From an uncultured Gammaproteobacteria bacterium (lineage in GTDB: Bacteria > Patescibacteriota > Patescibacteriia > UBA9934), in contig CAYHFQ010000006.1 in NCBI GenBank assembly GCA_964355955.1, positions 11,633-43,632 on the forward strand: a stretch of 32,000 nucleotides of DNA. The letters run 5' to 3'. Below the pieces are notes generated by a model. It ran no database searches, was not told the origin of the DNA, and saw only the letters and a program-made list of their open reading frames with translations. The position numbers were made by a program, and so were the translations under genes. Of the stretch, positions 15,763 through 22,131 are shown piece by piece (the stretch's first letter is position 1; each line of letters begins with the position of its first letter).

Positions 15763-16550
15763 CAGTAAGGTTGCTTGAGGCAGCGCCACAGGCTGTTGTG
15801 CGTTATAAATTTTCGCGAGTTTTTGTATTTATTGGAGTTTTTGGTTTAGTGGTTGGTTGTGGTGTGGTGAGTATTTTGCTGGCTTTTTGGTATTTTCATG
15901 TGCACAACGGTTTTGGTAAGACATTGGCACAGATTATTCCGGTACCAGCAGCTATCGTTGACGGCAATGTGGTGTGGTATGGCGAGGTAGCCAAGAATGC
16001 CACAGCACTTGAGGACGATGCTGGCCTGAGTAGTGTTGAAGCTATGCACCGTGGATTGTTGCTGGCTGAAAGATATGAGGTGACGCGACAAATCGGCTCG
16101 ACGGTTGGCGTTGATGAGAATGACGATCGGTTGGTTTATGATAGGGCGGTGGAGGAGGCTTTGTTAGCTTCAGACAACTATCAGGGTGAGGCTAGATCGA
16201 GGATTGAAAGATTGCAGGCTAAGCTGACGCAAGGGATTCAGTTTAGGGATTTGGCGACGCAGTACAGCGAAGGGGCCTCGGCCAGTGTTGGTGGCGACTT
16301 GGGTTATGTCGACCCGGCTGCCTTGCCGCCTGATTTGAACAGTGTAGTGCAAGCAATGTTGCCTGGCACGGTTTCCGCGATTACCGAGACACGAACTTCA
16401 TTTTGGTTAGTGCAATGTAATGAGGTTATTGAGAATGGGGATGGCACGAAAAAGGCCTGGTTGAGAGTGATTGAAATTAAAAAGGATTTGTTGGGGCCGA
16501 TCATTGACCGGGCTATGCTGACAGCGAATATTCGGGAGTTTGTGAGGTAA
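15759..16550 (+). CDS. Parvulin-type (PpiC/SurA-like) peptidyl-prolyl isomerase, membrane anchored
   Basis: FRDLATQYSEGASASVGGDLGYVDPAALPPDL is a rotamase motif. 4-nt overlap with the upstream gene. Confidence 0.8.
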   Translation: MTVRLLEAAPQAVVRYKFSRVFVFIGVFGLVVGCGVVSILLAFWYFHVHNGFGKTLAQIIPVPAAIVDGNVVWYGEVAKNATALEDDAGLSSVEAMHRGLLLAERYEVTRQIGSTVGVDENDDRLVYDRAVEEALLASDNYQGEARSRIERLQAKLTQGIQFRDLATQYSEGASASVGGDLGYVDPAALPPDLNSVVQAMLPGTVSAITETRTSFWLVQCNEVIENGDGTKKAWLRVIEIKKDLLGPIIDRAMLTANIREFVR

Positions 16551-16551
16551 C

Positions 16552-16581
16552 AAAAAAGTCGTGCCGGAGCACGATTTTTTT
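16552..16581. terminator. Bidirectional intrinsic terminator
   Basis: AAAAAAGTCGTGC-CGGA-GCACGATTTTTTT. Confidence 0.75.
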
Positions 16582-16656
16582 GGAGCCATTTCCGGGATTC
16601 GGACCCGGGACCTCTGCTTTACGAAAGCATTGCTCTACCAGCTGAGCTAAAATGGC
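16581..16656 (-). tRNA. tRNA-Thr (anticodon CGU), CCA encoded
   Basis: Manual cloverleaf: GCCATTT/TA/GCTC-AGCTGGTA-GAGC/A/ATGCT-TTCGTAA-AGCAG/AGGTC/CCGGG-TCCGAAT-CCCGG/AAATGGC/T/CCA. Confidence 0.9.
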
Positions 16657-16657
16657 A

Positions 16658-16732
16658 TGGAGCGGGAAATGGGGCTCGAACCCACGACCTTCTGCTTGGG
16701 AAGCAGACGTTCTACCACTGAACTATTCCCGC
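16658..16732 (-). tRNA. tRNA-Gly (anticodon CCC), CCA encoded
   Basis: Manual cloverleaf: GCGGGAA/TA/GTTC-AGTGGTA-GAAC/G/TCTGC-TTCCCAA-GCAGA/AGGTC/GTGGG-TTCGAGC-CCCAT/TTCCCGC/T/CCA. Confidence 0.92.
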
Positions 16733-16797
16733 AATGTGGCCGTATAGTATCTAAAACTTGGGTTTTCGGCAAGTGCTAGGAAGGCGATATTCAATCG

Positions 16798-16806
16798 TGC
16801 TATAAT
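16798..16806 (+). promoter_or_regulatory. Extended -10 (TGcTATAAT) placing the predicted +1 on the A of the ftsE ATG
   Basis: TATAAT at 16801-16806, a 6-nt gap GCCTGC, then ATG at 16813. No SD. Confidence 0.55.
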
Positions 16807-16812
16807 GCCTGC

Positions 16813-17496
16813 ATGATTCGTTTTACCAATGTCAATAAAGTCTACAAACCAACAACTCATGCTTTGAGTGGCATTAGTTTTCATGTTAAACCAGGGGAGT
16901 TTGTGTCGATTGTTGGTTCGAGTGGATCGGGCAAGACGACGCTGGCTAAGTTGTTGTTTGCAGAGGAACGGCCGACGAGCGGCAAGATTGTGGTGGGGGA
17001 TTGGGATATTACGGCTATTCATCGGTCAGAAATTCCAACTTTGCGGCGGCAGATTGGGGTAGTGTTTCAAGATTTTAAGTTGCTCGGCCGCAAGACGGTG
17101 TATGAGAATGTGGCTTTTGCGTTAGAAGTTGCAGGGGCGGCAAATGCGAGGATCAAAGAAGTAGTGCCGCAAGTGCTGAAGATTGTGGGCTTGGGCGACA
17201 AGCATGAGCGTTATCCCAACCAGCTTTCAGGCGGTGAACAGCAGCGCGTGAGTATTGCGCGAGCCTTGGTGCACCGGCCCAAGATTATTGTGGCCGACGA
17301 GCCAACTGGTAACCTCGACACCGTCACGTCGCGCGAGATTATTGAGTTACTGAAAAAGATTAACGAGTTTGGGACGACGGTGGTGCTCGTGACGCACGAT
17401 AGGGATATTGTGAATGCGCTCAAAAAGAGGGTGTTGACGATCAACGGTGGCAAGATTGTGAGTGACGTCGAGCATGGGAAGTACATGCTCGGTTAA
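16813..17496 (+). CDS. ftsE: Cell-division ABC ATPase FtsE
   Basis: Walker [10 protein letters not shown], signature LSGGEQQRV, Walker [13 protein letters not shown]. ftsX lies downstream. Confidence 0.9.
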   Translation: MIRFTNVNKVYKPTTHALSGISFHVKPGEFVSIVGSSGSGKTTLAKLLFAEERPTSGKIVVGDWDITAIHRSEIPTLRRQIGVVFQDFKLLGRKTVYENVAFALEVAGAANARIKEVVPQVLKIVGLGDKHERYPNQLSGGEQQRVSIARALVHRPKIIVADEPTGNLDTVTSREIIELLKKINEFGTTVVLVTHDRDIVNALKKRVLTINGGKIVSDVEHGKYMLG

Positions 17497-17771
17497 AGAT
17501 CTAATCCGTCTTTGCGAGCGTTAGTAATAGGCGGGGTCACCGTCCCCCGCCAGTAGAGACTCGGCTCCACGGCCAAGGCTCGGGGACATTACTTCGCGGG
17601 TCCTGCCGACTGCGGACCCCGTTCGGTGCTCGCAAGCTGCGCGCCGCCCGGGGGCCTCCCTCCGCGTCACCCGCTAAAGGAATTAGCCTGCCTCTCGCTA
17701 CTTGGCCTTACAGGTTCAATAATTCGTCAAATCTACTTTCTACCTTCTACAATCCACTAGCTCACTACTCT
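17497..17771 (+). repeat. 275-nt modular GC-rich intergenic element (copy B)
   Basis: GTCTTTGCGAGCGT at 17508-17521. Hairpin module AATAGGCGGGGTCACCGTCCCCCGCCAG at 17526-17553. GAGACTCGG at 17556-17564. GGGTCC/GGACCC at 17598-17619. AATAAT at 17718-17723. Heptads TCTAC at 17732, 17739 and 17746 (TCCAC at 17753). Confidence 0.6.
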
Positions 17772-18683
17772 ATGCGAACAATCCTCCGCGTCATCAAGTT
17801 TACAGGTCAGAGTCTGTGGCGCAACGCCTGGTTGTCGCTGATAACGCTGACGATTTTTGTGCTGACGCTGATGACGGTCAATGCGGTGTTGTTGGTCAAT
17901 GTGGTGACGAGTAGTGCGATTAAGGCGGTGCAGAATGAGGTACAGGTGGCGGTTTACTTTGTGCCGGGGACGAGTGAAGCCACGGAGAAAGCAGTGCGTG
18001 GCTATCTTCTCGGTTTGAGTCAAGTAAAAACGGTGGAGGTGATTACGGCTGAGCAAGCGTTGCAAAACTTCAGGGATAAGAATGCAGGTGATCCAACTGT
18101 TCTCTCAGCACTCGACGAGGTAGGCGGTAATCCGTTTGGGGACGCGGTGGTGGTGTCGGCCAAGTCGCCTGACGATTTCTCTTTCATTATCGAAGCAATC
18201 AAGACGCCAGAATTCGCGCCGTCAATTAAACAGACGGATTATACGGATTATCAGGTGGTGATTGAAAAGCTAACGTCGTTTACGGATAAGTTACGTTTGG
18301 CTGGCTTGGTGTTGGCTGGTTTCTTTGGGCTCATTTCCATGTTGATTATCTTCAATGCTATTCGTATTGCTATTTACGTCCACAGAGACGAGATTGCGAT
18401 TATGAAGTTGGTAGGGGCGCAGGATTGGTTTATTCGCGCGCCGTTCTTGTTGGAAGCTGTGCTTTTGTCCTTGTTAGCAACGGTAATTATGACGGGTGTG
18501 GTATTGGCGTCGACTAAGGCGCTGGATGTGCCGCTCATGCAATATTTTGGTCAGGCTAACTTGAGTTTGTGGAGTTACTTCACGAGTAACGCTTTAGTTA
18601 TTTTTGGTGGTGAGTTCTTGGGCCTGGCAATCCTCAGCGTGTTGACGACGGTCTTTGCGATTAGGAAACATTTAAGAGTTTAA
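17772..18683 (+). CDS. ftsX: Cell-division permease-like protein FtsX
   Basis: N-terminal TM segment, an extracytoplasmic domain, three C-terminal TM segments, and EIAIMKLVGAQDWFIR. Confidence 0.88.
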   Translation: MRTILRVIKFTGQSLWRNAWLSLITLTIFVLTLMTVNAVLLVNVVTSSAIKAVQNEVQVAVYFVPGTSEATEKAVRGYLLGLSQVKTVEVITAEQALQNFRDKNAGDPTVLSALDEVGGNPFGDAVVVSAKSPDDFSFIIEAIKTPEFAPSIKQTDYTDYQVVIEKLTSFTDKLRLAGLVLAGFFGLISMLIIFNAIRIAIYVHRDEIAIMKLVGAQDWFIRAPFLLEAVLLSLLATVIMTGVVLASTKALDVPLMQYFGQANLSLWSYFTSNALVIFGGEFLGLAILSVLTTVFAIRKHLRV

Positions 18684-20483
18684 GCGGAGCCATTCTTCTT
18701 CTTCGGAAGCGAGGAGAGTGGTGAGTTCTTTGAGTTCACGGTTTTTTTCTGGTGCGTAGTCGGTGGGGTTGTCAAAGAAAAATTGGAGGAGTTCGCTTTT
18801 CTTTTTGTCTTGCTCGGCCATTAATTTTTCTAGTTGAGCGATTTGCCGCTGTTTGGTTTTTTGTTCCAGGCGACGGCGTTGGCGTTCGAGTTCACTTTCA
18901 TTCTGGCGGGGGGCGGTGACCCCGCCTATTGCGCCGTCGACGTCAGCGGTAAGGACTTCTTCTAGGCTGGCGACGTAATCCTCGTAGGTGTCGGGGTAGG
19001 TGCGCACGGTGCCGTTACTTACTTCGAGTAAACGATTGGCCACGGTGTTGACGAAGGTGCGGCTGTGGCTGACGAAGATGACGGTACCGCCGTAGTTGGC
19101 CAGGGCGTCGGCCAAGGCTTCTGAGGTCTCGAAGTCGAGGTGGTTAGTTGGCTCGTCGAGCAGAAGGACGTTGTGGGCGTGCAAAAGAATACCGGCTAAA
19201 CAGAGGCGGGCTTTTTCGCCACCGGACAGAACAGAGACAGTTTTGCTTAAGTCGTCGCGGCGGAAGAGGAAGTTGCCGGCCATGCGGAGGACGTCTTCTT
19301 CTTTAGCATCGACCGGGGCGCAACGGCGGAGGTATTCGTCAACGCGATCGCTGGGGCGGAGGGCGGCTTCCACATGTTGAGCGTAGTAGCCAAAGTCGGC
19401 CTTGTGCCACCAGGCTATTTTGCTATCTTCGCCGAGTGGCGGAAGTTCGCCGGCGAGGGTTTTGAGCAGAGTCGTTTTGCCTTGGCCGTTGTTGCCGAGA
19501 ATGACTACTTTGTCGCCACGAGGAATTTCGAAAGAGATATTGTCGGCGATGACTTTGCTGCCGTAACCGATAGCGAGATGTTCGACGCGGAGAATACTGC
19601 CGGGCTTGGTGACGACGGGCGGGAGGGCAATGCGGGCGGTGGCGAGTTTGTTGTCGATGCTAATAGTGTGGAGTTTAGCAATAGCTTTGAGTTTGGATTG
19701 GGCTTGTTTGGCTTTGCTGGCTTTGTAGCGGAAACGGTCGACAAAGTCTTGCAGATGTTCTTTCTGCGCCATGATCTTCTTGTTAGTGTTTTGGATGTAG
19801 CCGGCCTGTTCTTCTTTGAACGCCAAATAAGATTCAACGTCACCGGGGAAAAAGGTGAGGCGGCCGTGGGCGACTTCCAAGGTGGAGGTGCAGGTGCGTT
19901 TGAGGAATTCGCGGTCGTGGCTAATGACCAGGATGCTGCCGCGGAAGGTTTGCAGGACGTGTTCGAGGAGCAAGAGGGTGGTGAGGTCGAGGTAGTTGGT
20001 TGGTTCGTCGAGTAGGAGAAGATTAGGGTCAGCAAGAAGCATGGCGGTTAGTTTGACGCGCATGCGGTAGCCGCCGGAGAGACTGGCGGCGACGGTGGTG
20101 AGGAGGTCGCGTTTGAGTTGGAAGCGACCGGACATTTTGGCGCATTCCCAGTCGGCTTTACCGCTGACCCGCATGAGGAAGTCGAGGACGGTTTCGGTTG
20201 GCGGGAACTCGGCGTGTTGCTCAACGTAGCCCAAGCGGACGCCGGGGAGGTGTTTGATTTGGCCCGCATCTAGCTCTTCTTGACCCAGGATCATTTTGAA
20301 GAGGGTTGACTTGCCGGCGCCGTTGCGACCAATGACGGCGGTCTTTTGCTCGTCGTTAATGACGATGTTGGCGTCGTCAAAAATGACGGTATTACCGTAT
20401 TTTTTGCTAAGGTCAGTGATTTCTAGAAGTGGGCGAATATGGGCCTGATGATAGCTTAATTGACAAAATTTGGCCAATACCAT
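18672..20483 (-). CDS. ABC-F family ATPase (two ABC cassettes, no TM domain)
   Basis: GRNGAGKST / LSGGYRMRV and GNNGQGKTT / LSGGEKARL. Charged coiled-coil C-terminal tail. 12-nt convergent overlap with ftsX. Confidence 0.9.
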   Translation of the reverse strand: MVLAKFCQLSYHQAHIRPLLEITDLSKKYGNTVIFDDANIVINDEQKTAVIGRNGAGKSTLFKMILGQEELDAGQIKHLPGVRLGYVEQHAEFPPTETVLDFLMRVSGKADWECAKMSGRFQLKRDLLTTVAASLSGGYRMRVKLTAMLLADPNLLLLDEPTNYLDLTTLLLLEHVLQTFRGSILVISHDREFLKRTCTSTLEVAHGRLTFFPGDVESYLAFKEEQAGYIQNTNKKIMAQKEHLQDFVDRFRYKASKAKQAQSKLKAIAKLHTISIDNKLATARIALPPVVTKPGSILRVEHLAIGYGSKVIADNISFEIPRGDKVVILGNNGQGKTTLLKTLAGELPPLGEDSKIAWWHKADFGYYAQHVEAALRPSDRVDEYLRRCAPVDAKEEDVLRMAGNFLFRRDDLSKTVSVLSGGEKARLCLAGILLHAHNVLLLDEPTNHLDFETSEALADALANYGGTVIFVSHSRTFVNTVANRLLEVSNGTVRTYPDTYEDYVASLEEVLTADVDGAIGGVTAPRQNESELERQRRRLEQKTKQRQIAQLEKLMAEQDKKKSELLQFFFDNPTDYAPEKNRELKELTTLLASEEEEWLRLNS

Positions 20484-20488
20484 AGACT
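20460..20488 (+). promoter_or_regulatory. Candidate rpmG promoter
   Basis: TTGACA (20460-20465), a 17-nt spacer, then TAGACT (20483-20488). Confidence 0.4.
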
Positions 20489-20512
20489 TCTGCTATCAAT
20501 TTTTTTTGCCGT

Positions 20513-20668
20513 ATGTCCCAGGAAAATCTCATCAAGCTCGAATGTACTGTTTGTAAGGAGCCAAACTACCGCTCCCTTAAGAACAAGAAGAAGCTCAAGG
20601 AACGCTTGGAAATCAAGAAGTTCTGCCCAACTTGCGGCAAGCACACCATGCACAAGGAGACAAAATAA
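20513..20668 (+). CDS. rpmG: 50S ribosomal protein L33 (zinc-ribbon form)
   Basis: 51 codons, below the ORF-track cutoff: [51 protein letters not shown], with CxxC...CxxC. Confidence 0.9.
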   Translation: MSQENLIKLECTVCKEPNYRSLKNKKKLKERLEIKKFCPTCGKHTMHKETK

Positions 20669-20672
20669 GAAC

Positions 20673-20699
20673 AAAATCGACCTATTGCAGGTCGATTTT
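20673..20699. terminator. Bidirectional terminator shared by rpmG and tmk
   Basis: AAAATCGACCT-ATTGC-AGGTCGATTTT followed by a T run. Overlaps the last tmk codons. Confidence 0.7.
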
Positions 20700-21311
20700 T
20701 TCTATTATGCGTTGGAAAACTTCTTCGCGGCTGCCGTTAGCGTCGACGGTTTGCCAGATATTGGTGAATTTGGGGTGATGGCTCAGGAAGTCGTAACCTT
20801 CGCGACAACGGGTGAAAAACTCTACCGGCAGGCTTTCGAACTTGTCACCAGCTGCGTCGCTGGTACGTTTAAGGGCTATGGCTGGATCGAGATCGAGACA
20901 GAAGATGATATTGGGTAAGTATTGCCCGACAGCAGCCTCGTTGATCTTCCAAATCGCGTCAAAGCCGAGTTCACGGCCAAAGCCTTGCCAAGCAACGCTG
21001 GTTAGGAAGCTGCGGTCCGCAATGACAATTCCGCCAGCCTCAAGAACGGGGGCGATAACAGTGCGAAGAGACTGGGCGCGGGCGGCGGCGTAGAGATAGG
21101 CTTCGCAGATGGGGTCCATGGTTTCAGCAAAAGGCGTGCCTTGGACGACTTTGCGAATAGCTTCGGCGATTTCGCTGCCCCCTGGTTCGCGGGTCCAGAT
21201 AACCTGCCGATCGGGGAAACGATTGGTGAGGTAGGCTTGCAGCTGCTTGGATTGCGTGCTTTTGCCGGTTCCCACGACGCCCTCGAAGACGATGTAATAG
21301 CCTTTAGTCAT
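20682..21311 (-). CDS. tmk: Thymidylate kinase
   Basis: P-loop FEGVVGTGKSTQ directly after MTKGYYIV. I prefer the ATG at 21311; the track start at 21368 would lie inside the 56-nt palindrome. Confidence 0.85.
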   Translation of the reverse strand: MTKGYYIVFEGVVGTGKSTQSKQLQAYLTNRFPDRQVIWTREPGGSEIAEAIRKVVQGTPFAETMDPICEAYLYAAARAQSLRTVIAPVLEAGGIVIADRSFLTSVAWQGFGRELGFDAIWKINEAAVGQYLPNIIFCLDLDPAIALKRTSDAAGDKFESLPVEFFTRCREGYDFLSHHPKFTNIWQTVDANGSREEVFQRIIEKIDLQ

Positions 21312-21344
21312 ATGGGTAGAGTTTAGCATGAAATCAAAAAGAGG

Positions 21345-21400
21345 TGTGGATAAGTGGTCTACATTCAACGTATACGTTGAATGTAGACCACTTATCCACA
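21345..21400. repeat. Perfect 56-nt palindrome (28-bp arms); minus-strand terminator-like; arms end in consensus DnaA boxes
   Basis: All 28 pairs checked base by base. TGTGGATAA at 21345-21353 and TTATCCACA at 21392-21400. On the minus strand it is followed by CCTCTTTTTGATTTC. Confidence 0.85.
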
Positions 21401-22000
21401 GGTGAGGCGGCCGGCAGCGATTTCGATGGCGTCGGCGGGGCGGAGGTTTTGACGTTGTTTGGGGGTGAGAATGGCGTGATGTTTAACGTTGACGAGATGA
21501 ACGGGTATATACCAGACTGGTTCAACTGATGTCATCCAGCCCTGTTTGTCGAAACGGGCGAGGTTGACTGGCTTGGTGAAGCTGCGGAGGGTTTTACGGC
21601 CGTCGTTTAAAAAGTATTCATGGAAGTACGACATAACGAGTTCGCGGATGGTGCGGTAGATTGGTTCACGGTAGCGGAGCACGGCGTGATTAGTCTTGGA
21701 AATAGCGCCCCAATGACGGCCACCTTTGAAGACGGCAATGACGTGGTCGAAGTCGTCTTTGCTGCTGGTTAAATCGACGATTAGCGGTTGGTGACCGTGA
21801 AAACGTAAAGCCGCGGCGGCGAGCATGGCGCCTTCCATGCATTGAGCGGTACCGAAACGAATAACTTCTTTAGGTGACAGACAGGTGTCGTTAGCGTCGA
21901 CGAAGTGAAAGGGGAGAGAATTCAAATAATCCTGGATTTTGGCCGGGGTTGAGAGCTTTTTGAGCTGTTTGCGTTCGCTGGCGGTAAAGTCGGAAAACAT
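21392..22000 (-). CDS. Transglutaminase-like cysteine-protease-fold protein (hypothetical)
   Basis: Candidate Cys-His triad context: GTAQCMEGAML ... DFDHVIAVF ... HWGAISKTNH. Confidence 0.6.
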   Translation of the reverse strand: MFSDFTASERKQLKKLSTPAKIQDYLNSLPFHFVDANDTCLSPKEVIRFGTAQCMEGAMLAAAALRFHGHQPLIVDLTSSKDDFDHVIAVFKGGRHWGAISKTNHAVLRYREPIYRTIRELVMSYFHEYFLNDGRKTLRSFTKPVNLARFDKQGWMTSVEPVWYIPVHLVNVKHHAILTPKQRQNLRPADAIEIAAGRLTCG

Positions 22001-22039
22001 AGTGCATTTATGGTATTATTGTAGCAGATAATTACGAAT

Positions 22040-22113
22040 GTAGAATGTAGATGGTAGAGAGTAGAAACTCATAAGCAGAATGAGCCGTCTACCGACTACA
22101 ATCTACATTCTAC
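22040..22113. repeat. Facing heptad arrays (GTAGANN)x4 and (NCTACNN)x4
   Basis: GTAGA at 22040, 22047, 22054 and 22061. CTAC at 22089, 22096, 22103 and 22110. GTAGAATGTAGAT (22040-22052) is the exact complement of 22101-22113. Confidence 0.8.
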
Positions 22114-22131
22114 CAACTATAAATAATTTTT

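Noticed and set aside
19096-20269. Long ORFs overlapping the ABC-F gene in other frames or on the other strand (19096-19380 +, 19374-20015 +, 19505-20035 -, 20048-20269 -).
   Set aside because: Their translations are low-complexity (Ala/Gly/Pro/Ser/Arg-rich) with no motifs. The annotated minus-strand frame carries complete Walker A, signature and Walker B sets twice. They are shadow ORFs.
21312-21368. The upstream extension of tmk (MNVDHLSTPLFDFMLNSTH).
   Set aside because: It would start inside the 56-nt palindrome, whereas the kinase P-loop follows immediately after the MTKGYYIV start at 21311.
21345-21400. The palindrome as an integron attC site (ATTCAAC fits RYYYAAC and GTTGAAT fits GTTRRRY).
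   Set aside because: The two core-like heptamers sit at the centre of the palindrome, 6 nt apart, instead of at the outer ends. The stem is perfect, with no extrahelical bases. No intI gene or cassette array is present.
22040-22113. The heptad arrays (also at 6798-6823, 13521-13541 and 17732-17759) as a CRISPR or other spacer-repeat array.
   Set aside because: The units are 7 nt long and contiguous, with no spacers and at most 4-5 copies, and there are no cas genes.
21330-22131. This region as the chromosomal replication origin.
   Set aside because: There are only two DnaA boxes, and they are the two arms of one palindrome. No dnaA, dnaN or box cluster is present. The heptads have a 7-nt period, not the 3-nt period of DnaA-trios. 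It is kept only as a possible DnaA-binding site.
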